Source: Myxococcota bacterium
GTDB taxonomy: Bacteria > Myxococcota_A > UBA9160 > JAFDDA01
Length of the DNA stretch: 64,000 nt
Assembly: GCA_965228475.1 (NCBI GenBank)
Contig: OZ245817.1
Coordinates: 2,976,001-3,040,000 of the forward strand
Direction of reading: 5' to 3'
Position 1 is the first letter of the stretch, and each line of letters opens with the position of its first letter. The notes under the pieces are model-generated. The model worked only from the letters and a program-made list of their open reading frames with translations, had not been told where the DNA came from and did not search any database. Below are positions 1 through 8,538 of the stretch, in pieces. The translations under genes and the position numbers were made by a program.

Positions 1-18
1 GGGTAGGCACGATCCCGC

Positions 19-89
19 CCCTGGCAACCCGCCTCCCAAAAAGCCTCAGTTCGGCGCGGCGTACTGGAGCGTCTTGCGGTTGTCGTGCT
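19..89. repeat. 71-bp direct repeat, copy 1 (displaced copy of the 3' end of the 2871..3503 gene; att-like)
   Basis: 69/71 identical to 2844..2914, with mismatches at 49 and 51. The minus strand reads HDNRKTLQYAAPN* versus HDNRKTLQYAAPE* in the intact gene. Confidence 0.95.
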
Positions 90-180
90 GGGAACCAGCG
101 ACGGTTGACCTTGCCGGCCAGTCTTTGAGATGGTGATGGGAGTGTCTAGAGGAACCACACGCTAACAAGGGAGCCTAGGG

Positions 181-756
181 ATGCTGGTCCGACTGTACCT
201 CGCTCTCGCATCAGCGCTCGCAGGCGCTACTGCGGAGGCCACCGACGTTGGCCAGATCTACGCAAAGTGCCACCAGTCCAGGAGCGGACATGTGTCGGTC
301 GTGAGCTTTCAGCCATACGCTGAGGGGCCGGGCGCCCCAACGACTACCGGCTGGACGCTGGAGGGGATGAGCAACAATATCCACGCGTGCTACGCGCCCA
401 GCTATCAAGAAGCGACGGACCTCGCCTACCAGATCTGCAGGGAACACCGACGCCAAGCCCTCGCACGGACTCAGAGGCGGGGGTTTGGAACGTACCTCGC
501 GCTTGAGTGTTCGGTCAGGGGCTCGACTACCCACGCTGGCGAGGTCGGAGGCTGCGTTGTCGCTCACTCGCGAAAAGGCTTTCACGGGGTCAACTGCTAT
601 CAAGGGCGCAGCGACTGGGCGAAACTCGCGGAAGCGGAGGCGCGCCAGGAGTGCGCTTCAGCGGCGATGGCCCAAGCCACGAAAGTAGACACGTCGTCTG
701 CCAGCAAGGACTGCGGAACCCTCGACCTCTGGTTGCTGCCCCTAGACGTTCCCTAG
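181..756 (+). CDS. Secreted Cys-rich hypothetical protein (DUF4189-like Cys spacing)
   Basis: Signal-peptide-like N-terminus (LYLALASALAGATAEA), 8 Cys, purine-rich RBS-like stretch upstream (AAGGGAG). Confidence 0.6.
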   Translation: MLVRLYLALASALAGATAEATDVGQIYAKCHQSRSGHVSVVSFQPYAEGPGAPTTTGWTLEGMSNNIHACYAPSYQEATDLAYQICREHRRQALARTQRRGFGTYLALECSVRGSTTHAGEVGGCVVAHSRKGFHGVNCYQGRSDWAKLAEAEARQECASAAMAQATKVDTSSASKDCGTLDLWLLPLDVP

Positions 757-981
757 CGCGCCAATCGCACGTCTCCGCTGTCGAGACAGCTCGAACGCAT
801 GACTTCGAGGGTTCTCATCAGACCAAGACTGTCGGCACCGGAGTCACGCCGAGGCAGAGAGAAGTTCGGCGGCGACGGTCGCCACTACTAGGAGGCTTGC
901 CAGTAGCATCGCGCTACTCTCAGGAAAGACTGTGGCGGGCTGTCCGAGGAAGCGCAGCCCTAGCTGCGAACAGGAGAGTAG

Positions 982-2157
982 GTGGCCAGAGGCAAGAACA
1001 AGGCTGCTCGCGATTCGGTACTTCGCTTTACCAATCTACGGCTGGAAAACTGGAAGAACTTCACATCAATCGATGTTGAACTCCAACGTCGCGTCTTTCT
1101 GGTCGGGCCCAACGCATCCGGAAAATCGAATCTATTCGACGCACTTCGCTTCCTCAGAGATGTCGCTTCCGTCGGCGGAGGACTCGCTAAGGCAGTCGAG
1201 CACAGAGGTGGAATCAGCTCAATACGCTCGCTCTCAGCTCGCAGGTACTCGGATATCGTGGTTGTTGCTGAGCTCTCGAGCGCACGAGGTGACGAACACT
1301 GGAAGTACGAACTGGCTCTCACCCAAGACAACCAGCGCAGGCCAAGAGTCAAGCGAGAGATCGTAACAAAGGGCCAACGGGTCTTACTCAAGCGACCTGA
1401 CTCAGACGACGACAACGACTCAGAAAGACTAACGCAGACCCACCTGGAACAGGTTCAAGTAAACAAGGCCTTCCGTGATCTCGGCTCGTTTTTTTCCTCT
1501 ATCCAATACCTCCACATCGTTCCGCAACTAGTACGGGAACCTGACAGGTCGGTTGGAAAGACGGATGACCCCTTCGGAGGGGACTTCTTGGAGCAGGTTG
1601 CACGAACACCGGCGCGCTCACAAGAAGCGCGCCTTCGTCGAATTGCAGATGCGTTGAAGGTAGCCGTTCCGCAACTGAGCAAGCTGGAACTCTGGAAGGA
1701 CGAGGCCGGCGTTCCTCACTTGCGAGGTCGATATCAGCACTGGCGCCCGCAGGGCGCGTGGCAAGGAGAGGACCAGTTCTCGGACGGGACCTTGCGCCTT
1801 ATGGGGCTTCTCTGGGCCGCGCAGGGAGGGCGAGGACCGCTGCTCCTTGAGGAGCCCGAGCTCTCTCTCCATCCGGGTGTCGTCCGCTACCTACCCCAAC
1901 TGTTCGCGCGACTCCAGCGCAAGAGCGGACGGCAGCTCTTCATCAGCAGCCATTCCCCGGAGCTCTTCCTAGACCCTGGGATTGGGCTTGACGAGGTACT
2001 CTTGTTGTCTCCCCTCGCAGAGGGAACCATCGTCAACACGGCTTCGACCGTCAGCGAGGTGAAAGACCTGCTGGAGGGCGGCGCGAGCCTTGCCGACGTA
2101 CTCATGCCGATCACGAGACCTAGGCGAGCCGATCAACTCGTACTGTTCGACCTCTAG
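982..2157 (+). CDS. ABC-type ATPase, AAA_15/AAA_21 (OLD/PARIS/RloA-like) family
   Basis: N-terminal LENWKNF strand, Walker A GPNASGKS, signature FSDGT, Walker B LLLEEPE, H-loop SSHS. Confidence 0.9.
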   Translation: MARGKNKAARDSVLRFTNLRLENWKNFTSIDVELQRRVFLVGPNASGKSNLFDALRFLRDVASVGGGLAKAVEHRGGISSIRSLSARRYSDIVVVAELSSARGDEHWKYELALTQDNQRRPRVKREIVTKGQRVLLKRPDSDDDNDSERLTQTHLEQVQVNKAFRDLGSFFSSIQYLHIVPQLVREPDRSVGKTDDPFGGDFLEQVARTPARSQEARLRRIADALKVAVPQLSKLELWKDEAGVPHLRGRYQHWRPQGAWQGEDQFSDGTLRLMGLLWAAQGGRGPLLLEEPELSLHPGVVRYLPQLFARLQRKSGRQLFISSHSPELFLDPGIGLDEVLLLSPLAEGTIVNTASTVSEVKDLLEGGASLADVLMPITRPRRADQLVLFDL

Positions 2158-2168
2158 GACCCCCGAGA

Positions 2169-2774
2169 GTGCCCAGGAAGGTCGTGAATGCAGCAGTTGA
2201 AGGTGTCGTAGACGAGGCTGTGGCAAGCCGCCTAATCGCTGATGCCGGCGGTGAGATGGGCCAAGTCTTCGGAAAGTGTGGACGACCGGCGGTAGTCGAC
2301 AAGGTCCTTTCCTACAATAGTGCAGCGAGGCACCGACCCTGGTTCATCCTAATGGACCTTGATCGCGATGAGTGCGCACCCTCTCTCCTAGCAGACTGCC
2401 TGCCACCAGAAAACCACGCACGCGGCCTGTGTTTCCGCATCGCGGTTCGAGAGGTTGAGTCATGGCTGCTCGCCGACCGAGACACGATCGCGCGCTACCT
2501 CTCAGTGAGTAGGGACTTGATACCACCTGACCCCGAGTCACTTGCGGACCCCAAGGCCACCCTGGTAGCTCTCGCGAGCAGGTCTCGGGCACGTACGGTC
2601 AAGGACGACATGGTACCAACCCCTGCGTCCGGGCGGCGAGTAGGACGGCTATACGTCGCCAGGCTGGTCGAATTCGTCCGAGACAAGTGGGACCTAACAG
2701 CAGCGTCGAAGGGCAGCCAAAGCCTTCGCCAATGTCGCCGACGTCTCCGCGAACTAGTTCTATCGCCTCCGTGA
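2169..2774 (+). CDS. DUF4276-like TOPRIM-fold protein, partner of the ATPase
   Basis: AVEG..DE, DLDRD and REVESWLLAD motifs; starts 11 bp after the ATPase stop. Confidence 0.8.
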   Translation: MPRKVVNAAVEGVVDEAVASRLIADAGGEMGQVFGKCGRPAVVDKVLSYNSAARHRPWFILMDLDRDECAPSLLADCLPPENHARGLCFRIAVREVESWLLADRDTIARYLSVSRDLIPPDPESLADPKATLVALASRSRARTVKDDMVPTPASGRRVGRLYVARLVEFVRDKWDLTAASKGSQSLRQCRRRLRELVLSPP

Positions 2775-2843
2775 AACCCGAGAGCTAGCTGCCCAGTCTC
2801 TGGTGCTTCGGCTGTGCCAGGCTCGGGGACGAGCGCAGCGAAA

Positions 2844-2914
2844 CCCTGGCAACCCGCCTCCCAAAAAGCCTCACTCCGGCGCGGCGTACTGGAGCGTCTT
2901 GCGGTTGTCGTGCT
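2844..2914. repeat. 71-bp direct repeat, copy 2 (last 44 nt of the CARDB-like gene plus 27 nt downstream)
   Basis: Matches 19..89 with 2 mismatches. Confidence 0.95.
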
Positions 2915-3503
2915 CGTTGGGCTCCGGGACGAGGTTCCCGGGGTCGATCGTCGCCGTGACCGTGTAGAAGCAGTCCGGCGGGTTCCGCCACTCCTCGCCG
3001 TCGTCCGGCAGGACGTCGAGCGTCTTCACGCGCTCTTCCGAGTGGGGCGGGAAGATCGCCTGGGGCCACTGGTAGACCGACGGCTTGATCTCGACGATCT
3101 TCGTCGCATCGCAGGTGAGGGTGATGCGGAGCTTCAGGATGCCCGGGGCGAAGGTCGAGACGCCCGCGCGGCGCGCGGTCACGCGGACCGGATCGCGCGC
3201 GTGGGCGGGCCGGGAGAGCTCGACGGAGAAGTCCGTGGGAATCACCGCGAGGCCTCCGCGACCGGGCTGCACGGTGTGCCGCTCGAGGACCCCGCCCGGG
3301 CCCGGCGCGGGCGGCGGCGGGTCCGGGTTGAAGCCCGGCCCGTCGACCTTGCGCTCGATCACGGAGGTCTTCGGCTCCGCCGTCGGCGACGCCTTCTTCT
3401 CGATCGTGCGCGAGGGCGCAACCCCCATGGAAGGCCGTTCGGCCTTCGCGGAAACGGGTGCGAAGCCGCAAGCCAGGAGGATCACGAGAGCGAAGCGACT
3501 CAT
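2871..3503 (-). CDS. Secreted protein with C-terminal CARDB-like Ig motif
   Basis: Signal peptide MSRFALVILLACGFAPVSAKA; C-terminal TATIDPGNLVPEPNEHDN; ATGA overlap with the upstream gene and GGAGG RBS. Confidence 0.7.
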   Translation of the reverse strand: MSRFALVILLACGFAPVSAKAERPSMGVAPSRTIEKKASPTAEPKTSVIERKVDGPGFNPDPPPPAPGPGGVLERHTVQPGRGGLAVIPTDFSVELSRPAHARDPVRVTARRAGVSTFAPGILKLRITLTCDATKIVEIKPSVYQWPQAIFPPHSEERVKTLDVLPDDGEEWRNPPDCFYTVTATIDPGNLVPEPNEHDNRKTLQYAAPE

Positions 3504-4402
3504 TCCTCCTCGCCTCCCACGCGCGTCGGCGGTGCGACCTTCCAGCTCTGCGAGCCCCCGGGCACCCGCACCTTCTGTCCGACCGCATCCTGCTTCTGCG
3601 GATCCGCCGGTCGGACCTTCCAGCTCTGGCTCGCAGCCGGGTTCCCCGGCGCGTCGGACGGCGCGACCTTCCAACTCTGCGCGCCGCCCGGCAGGCGAAC
3701 CTTCTGCTCGCCCGTCGACGGCTGGTAGCGCTTCCCCTGCGGGACGGCGGGGACCGTGTTCGCCGCGCCCGGCGTCGCGAGCCCCTTCGCACCGCCGAGG
3801 ATGCCGACGCTCGTCAACTGGCACGTCACCGCCGTCGAGGGGTTCGTGAGGCCCTCGTACACCTGGTGCAGGCTCGAATCGTTCGGCGCGTGGTTCGCCG
3901 CGCAGTGGGCCGAGAACGTGATCGCGTCGCCGTAGAACTCCCCGTCGGAGACGAGCGTGACCTGCGCCGTCGACTTGAAGCTCCCGTCCGGGTTCGTGAG
4001 CGCCGCGGCGCACTGGGACTCCACGTTGTCGAGATCCCACGGCTCCGCGGTGAAGGCCTTCGTCGCCGTGCCCTGACCGGGCATCGCGCCGCCGAGGACT
4101 TCCTCGTAGGTCCCACCCTGCATGCCCCAGGCATCGCTGTAGCTGTAGACGGTGAAGGACGACGGATGGAAGCTCTGCGGACAGGTGAGCTTGGCGAGGA
4201 AGGGCACCGTCTCGTTCACGTTGTGGTGGGCGAGCACGAGGCCGCTCGGCCCCTGGGTCATCGGGACGTGCCCGCCGGTGCCCCCGGTCTGGGTGACCGT
4301 GGCGCCGGGCGCCGTCTGCTGCTGATAGGCTTCCTGCTGGGCCTGGGCCGGTGTGGCGCCGAGGGCGGCGCAGGCCGCGATCGAGGCGATCCATCGAGTC
4401 AT
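3500..4402 (-). CDS. Secreted hypothetical protein with three QSWKV repeats
   Basis: Signal peptide ending AQA, AGGAGGAG RBS, host-like codon usage. Confidence 0.8.
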   Translation of the reverse strand: MTRWIASIAACAALGATPAQAQQEAYQQQTAPGATVTQTGGTGGHVPMTQGPSGLVLAHHNVNETVPFLAKLTCPQSFHPSSFTVYSYSDAWGMQGGTYEEVLGGAMPGQGTATKAFTAEPWDLDNVESQCAAALTNPDGSFKSTAQVTLVSDGEFYGDAITFSAHCAANHAPNDSSLHQVYEGLTNPSTAVTCQLTSVGILGGAKGLATPGAANTVPAVPQGKRYQPSTGEQKVRLPGGAQSWKVAPSDAPGNPAASQSWKVRPADPQKQDAVGQKVRVPGGSQSWKVAPPTRVGGEEE

Positions 4403-4528
4403 GGTGCTCCTCCTGGTCTCCGAGCATGGGTGCCCGGAGCCGGCGATTCGGTATCACAGCTTCGACGCCCGGCGCCCGGGAAGATTCGCTGGGCCCTCGC
4501 CCCCACGCCCCAAGGGCATCCTCGGCCC

Positions 4529-5368
4529 CTAGGGGCACCCTCCGCCGTCGCAGAGGTTCCCGCCCAGGTTCACGCCGCCCGATACGGTGCCCCCGTTGGA
4601 ATTCAGAACGTTCCCCCGGTAGCCCGAGGTCCCGCCGAGCGAAATGCCGAAGCCGCCGTTCACGCCGAAGACCGAGCCCTCGACGAGGGAAGTGACCAGA
4701 ACGACCACGCCTTCGTCTTCGTTGTCGAGGGCGGAACAGCGGCTGACGACGGATCCGCCTCCGGCGTCGATCCCGTCGTCGGCGTTCGAGTTGGCCACGG
4801 AGTCCACGATCACCACGGTGTTCGCATCGATGCCGTCGCCCCCGTTCCGGGAGGCGTTGACGCGCGTGAGGATGCTCCCGCCGCCCGCCGTGATCCCGGA
4901 GCCACCGTTGCTCACGGCCCGGACGTCGGTCACCGAGCCGTCGTTGCCGACCGCGACGCCGTGGCGTCCGGCCCCGGAGACGACGCCTCCGAAGACCACC
5001 ACGCCCCGCTGCTCGAAGACCGAATCGACGGCGATGCCGTCCCCCGTGCCCGAGGCGGAACACACGGTCGTGTTGCCCTCGCAGACCACGGGGCCAAAGA
5101 TCCCGTGCCCGCCGAGGTCGATCGTGACGTTGCCTGCGGTGACCTGGATCCCGGTGGTGTTCACGGTCGCGAGCCGGAGATCGCTCGTCAGGCGGTAGCT
5201 GCGCCCCGCACGGCCATTGATGGTGACGGGGTAGCCCGCGGCGTCCCCCTCGAAACACCCCGTCGCCGCGCAGGCCTCGTTGATCTCGACCTGTCCGTCC
5301 ACCGCGTGCAGCGCGCCTCCAGAGAGGGCCAGCCCGACGATTCCCGTGAGAAGTGCAGCTCCGCGCAT
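4529..5368 (-). CDS. Secreted right-handed parallel beta-helix repeat protein
   Basis: Signal peptide; YRLTSDL...VTIDLGG and repeated N-G-x-x-G-I turns; GGAGG RBS. Confidence 0.8.
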   Translation of the reverse strand: MRGAALLTGIVGLALSGGALHAVDGQVEINEACAATGCFEGDAAGYPVTINGRAGRSYRLTSDLRLATVNTTGIQVTAGNVTIDLGGHGIFGPVVCEGNTTVCSASGTGDGIAVDSVFEQRGVVVFGGVVSGAGRHGVAVGNDGSVTDVRAVSNGGSGITAGGGSILTRVNASRNGGDGIDANTVVIVDSVANSNADDGIDAGGGSVVSRCSALDNEDEGVVVLVTSLVEGSVFGVNGGFGISLGGTSGYRGNVLNSNGGTVSGGVNLGGNLCDGGGCP

Positions 5369-5428
5369 TCTGATTCCTCCGCTCGACCTACCGATTATGC
5401 ACCGGCGCGAAGCCGCTAGCATGACTCC

Positions 5429-6322
5429 GTGCTGACCGTCGACCAGATCGCCGCCTTCCGCGAAGAGGGCGTCCTCCGGGTGGAGGAGCCGTTCCTCGCC
5501 GACGCCCTGGCGCCGCTCCAGGCCGACCTCGAGGCCTGGATCGACCGCCGCGCGCGCGAGGTCCAGGCCGGCGGCCACCTCGACGACCTCTGCGAGGGCC
5601 TCCCCTTCGAGCGCCGCTTCGCCGCGCTCTACGCGCAGTCGGGCTTCATGGCGGCGGGGCTCGACGTCCACCTGATGCGGACCCCGGCGCTGTTCGCGTT
5701 CCTCCGCAACGAAGCGCTCCTCGACGCCGTCGAGTGCCTGCTCGGCCCGGAGATCGTGCTGAACCCGATCCACCACCTGCGCGCGAAGCTGCCCCAGCCG
5801 CTCGTCCACGAGGTCATGGAGACCTACTTCAACGTCCCGTGGCACCAGGACTCGGGCGTCATGTGGGAGGAGGCCGACCCGGTCCCCGTGGTCGGCGTGT
5901 GGATCCCGCTCGTCGATGCAAACGAGGACAACGGCTGCATGCAGGTCATGCCCGGCGCGTTCCGCAGCGGACACCTCCCGCACCAGGCCGAGGGCGGAAC
6001 GACCCTCCGGCCCGACGTGCTCCCGGACGTCCCGCCGCGCACCCTGCCCTGCCCGCGCGGCGGCGCGATCTTCCAGGACAAGTTCACGCCCCACCGCTCG
6101 ACGCCGAACCGCACCGAGGGCGTGCGCTGGAGCCTCGACGTCCGCTTCCAGCCCGCGGGCACGCCGACCGGGCGGCCCTTCCACCCGGCCTTCTGCCTGC
6201 GCAGCCGGCGCGATCCCGCCGCCGAGGTGCGCGACCCGGCCGTCTGGGACGCGGGCTGGCGCGATGCGCTCGCGGCGCTCGAAGGCCAGCCGGAACCCAT
6301 GGCCCACCGGGTGGCGAGCTAG
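5429..6322 (+). CDS. Phytanoyl-CoA dioxygenase (PhyH) family Fe(II)/2OG dioxygenase
   Basis: WHQD, WIPLVDA..NGC, distal HRS..N and R.SLD motifs. Confidence 0.85.
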   Translation: MLTVDQIAAFREEGVLRVEEPFLADALAPLQADLEAWIDRRAREVQAGGHLDDLCEGLPFERRFAALYAQSGFMAAGLDVHLMRTPALFAFLRNEALLDAVECLLGPEIVLNPIHHLRAKLPQPLVHEVMETYFNVPWHQDSGVMWEEADPVPVVGVWIPLVDANEDNGCMQVMPGAFRSGHLPHQAEGGTTLRPDVLPDVPPRTLPCPRGGAIFQDKFTPHRSTPNRTEGVRWSLDVRFQPAGTPTGRPFHPAFCLRSRRDPAAEVRDPAVWDAGWRDALAALEGQPEPMAHRVAS

Positions 6323-6341
6323 CCGCAGTGGAACGAACGCG

Positions 6342-6803
6342 ATGATCGCGATCTTCATCGACGGGGATGCCTGCCCGGTCAAGGACGAGGTTTACGTCGT
6401 CGCCACGCGCTACGGGCTCGGCGTCGCGCTCGTCGCGAACCGCCGGCTCTACGTCCCGGAAGGCATGGGCATCGACATGGTGGTCGTGCCCGAGGGGCCC
6501 GACGCCGCGGACGACTGGATCGCCGAGCGCGTCGAGCCGGGCGACGTGGTCATCACCGCGGACCTGCCCCTCGCCGCACGCTGCATCGAAGCCGGCGGCT
6601 ACGTGCTCGGTTCGACCGGCCGCGAGTTCGACGAGAACTCGATCGGGGGGCTGCTCGCGACCCGGGATCTGAAGGAACACCTGCGCGGCGCCGGCATGGC
6701 GACGGGCGGCCCGCCCCCGCTCTCGGACCGGGATCGTTCACGCTTCGCCTCGAAGCTCGACGGGATCGTGCAGAAGAGCCTGCGCGCGCACGGCTTCCGC
6801 TAG
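6342..6803 (+). CDS. YaiI/YqxD (DUF188) family protein
   Basis: IDGDACPVK, DAADDWI and VITADLPLA motifs. Confidence 0.9.
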   Translation: MIAIFIDGDACPVKDEVYVVATRYGLGVALVANRRLYVPEGMGIDMVVVPEGPDAADDWIAERVEPGDVVITADLPLAARCIEAGGYVLGSTGREFDENSIGGLLATRDLKEHLRGAGMATGGPPPLSDRDRSRFASKLDGIVQKSLRAHGFR

Positions 6804-6827
6804 CGGCAGAACGGGATCGCTCCGGGA

Positions 6828-7796
6828 TCAGCCCCAGGCGAGCGCGCGTTCGAGCACGGCCGTCGCCGCGCGCAGCGGGCGGCGCGCCACCTTGCGCTCG
6901 CCCGAGAGCAGCGTCACGCCGCACCCGCCGGGTTCCCCCGGCTTGCCCAGGCCGACGACGCGGCCGCCGGCGCCGCCGTTGCAATCGACCCGGGCTCCGC
7001 CCGGATCGAAGATGCCCGCGGGCGCCGTCACGCCGAGGATGAAGCCGCCCGAGCCGCCGCCGCCGCCGTTCGCGCCGCACCGGCCCTCGCCGCCGCGTCC
7101 GCCCCGGGCAGAGAGCCGGGTCTCGCGGTCGAGCCGGACTTCGCTGCCGTGGAGGACGATCGAGCCGCCGCTTCCGCCGCCTCCGGCCGTTCCCTGCTCT
7201 GCGGCACGCGCCGCGAACCCGTCGACGCGGACGCTCGCGCCGCCGAGCACCAGCGATCCACGCGCTCCGATCTGGAGTCCGCCGCCGCCGAGGCCGCCGG
7301 TCGAATCGCCGCTCTGGCCGCCGGAGCCCGTCTCGAAGGCTTCGTTCAGGCCGTAGCGCGTGCCGCCCGTCGCCGCGGCGCTCGCGCCGCCCGGTGCGGC
7401 GAAACCGCCGCCGCCGCCGGGGTGCGCACCGAGGCCGGCGCCTCCGGCCCGCGCGCCCGCCGCCCGCGCATCGATGCGCGCGGAGACGAAGCCATCGTTC
7501 GCGAAAAGGATCGCCGCCGGGCGCGAGCCGCGCACGACCACGTTCCCGGCGAGCTCGCCGCCGCTGAAGCAGAAGACCGCGATCTCCGGCGACTGCGCGT
7601 CCTGGCGGTGCACGGTGCCGCGGGAGCCTCCCGTCGCCTCGAGGCTGCACGTGTCGAGAGTGATCGACCCGGCGCCGCGCGGCGCGGGGCCGATCGGGCG
7701 GAACCACTCGGGCCGAAGCGCCGCGCCGACCGGCGGCGTCCAGGCAGGCGCATCGAGCAGCATGTCCACGGTCGGCCAGAACAGTCGCATCGGCAT
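6828..7796 (-). CDS. Glycine-rich hypothetical protein
   Basis: GGGGSGG repeats alternating with short beta segments; start uncertain. Confidence 0.6.
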   Translation of the reverse strand: MPMRLFWPTVDMLLDAPAWTPPVGAALRPEWFRPIGPAPRGAGSITLDTCSLEATGGSRGTVHRQDAQSPEIAVFCFSGGELAGNVVVRGSRPAAILFANDGFVSARIDARAAGARAGGAGLGAHPGGGGGFAAPGGASAAATGGTRYGLNEAFETGSGGQSGDSTGGLGGGGLQIGARGSLVLGGASVRVDGFAARAAEQGTAGGGGSGGSIVLHGSEVRLDRETRLSARGGRGGEGRCGANGGGGGSGGFILGVTAPAGIFDPGGARVDCNGGAGGRVVGLGKPGEPGGCGVTLLSGERKVARRPLRAATAVLERALAWG

Positions 7797-7912
7797 TCCC
7801 TCTTCGGGTGGCGCGGGGTAGTGAGGAGGGAGCCACACCCCCTCGGCGACTCCCTCCCCAAACGAGAACGCGAACGCTCCCGTTAACTCCGCGCGAACTC
7901 CTCTTCAGGCAC

Positions 7913-8365
7913 TCAACTTCCCAGGGGCCGGAACGACGAGAGCAGGAGCACCTCGCGTCCGTCCTTGCGCTGCGAAACCACACCCGTCGCGGAGACGCGT
8001 TCGCCGGCGTGCTTGGAGAGCGCACGCCCGGCGCCGACTTCGTCCACGATCAACTTGCGCCGCCGTTCGGTGTCGACGATCTGGACCAGGCGGCCTTCGC
8101 TGGCGCCGCCCGGCCGGACTTCGACGTGGCCGATCACGGTGATGGCGGCCGAGACCCCTCCGCTCGCGGCAGGCGGCGCGGCCCCGACGGGCGGAGGCGG
8201 ACCGGCTGCCGGTTCCGAGGGTTTGGCTGCCGGTTCCACGGGTCTCGCGGAAGGGTCCGCGGCCTCCGGCGGCGCGCCGACGGCACCGCCGCCCGCGGAC
8301 AGCACGAGGCCCAGGGCGGCACATGCCAGCCAACCTGCCCAGAACCGTCCCGATACCCGCTCCAT
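7913..8365 (-). CDS. Exported hypothetical protein (signal peptide, Pro/Ala linker, small beta domain)
   Basis: Hydrophobic N-terminus; sigma-54 motif directly upstream. Confidence 0.7.
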   Translation of the reverse strand: MERVSGRFWAGWLACAALGLVLSAGGGAVGAPPEAADPSARPVEPAAKPSEPAAGPPPPVGAAPPAASGGVSAAITVIGHVEVRPGGASEGRLVQIVDTERRRKLIVDEVGAGRALSKHAGERVSATGVVSQRKDGREVLLLSSFRPLGS

Positions 8366-8398
8366 GGCCGCCCCCCGCTCTCGATGCCCTCCTGCTAG

Positions 8399-8414
8399 AG
8401 CAGCAATCGTGCCA
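8399..8414 (-). promoter_or_regulatory. Sigma-54 (-24/-12) promoter
   Basis: Minus strand TGGCACGATTGCTGCT = GG-N10-GC with a perfect TGGCAC, 33 bp before the ATG at 8365, next to a bEBP gene. Confidence 0.7.
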
Positions 8415-8538
8415 GCGGACTGCGCACGGAACGCGCGCTGACGGCCTCCCGGCGTTCCCGGCCGGGAGTGGCGGCAATTCCGACTCGGTAAGAAAGGTGT
8501 CCCCGGAGGGATCTGGCCACCCTGGGCCCGCGGCGCTC

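Larger units (their letters stand above)
90..2843. mobile_element. Low-GC genomic islet/cassette between direct repeats, no integrase visible
   Basis: Flanked by 71-bp direct repeats. Visibly more A/T-ending codons than the flanking chromosome. All cargo is on the + strand. Confidence 0.75.

Noticed and set aside
19..2914. 71-bp repeat as a DGR template/variable repeat pair at a gene 3' end
   Set aside because: Only two differences (AAC vs GAG on the coding strand), one at a non-adenine position. The repeat extends beyond the stop codon, and there is no reverse transcriptase in the window.
3536..3679. Three 15-bp repeats GACCTTCCA(G/A)CTCTG as a CRISPR-like array
   Set aside because: Too short, irregularly spaced (78 and 51 bp, both multiples of 3) and they encode the QSWKV protein repeat. 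No cas genes are present.
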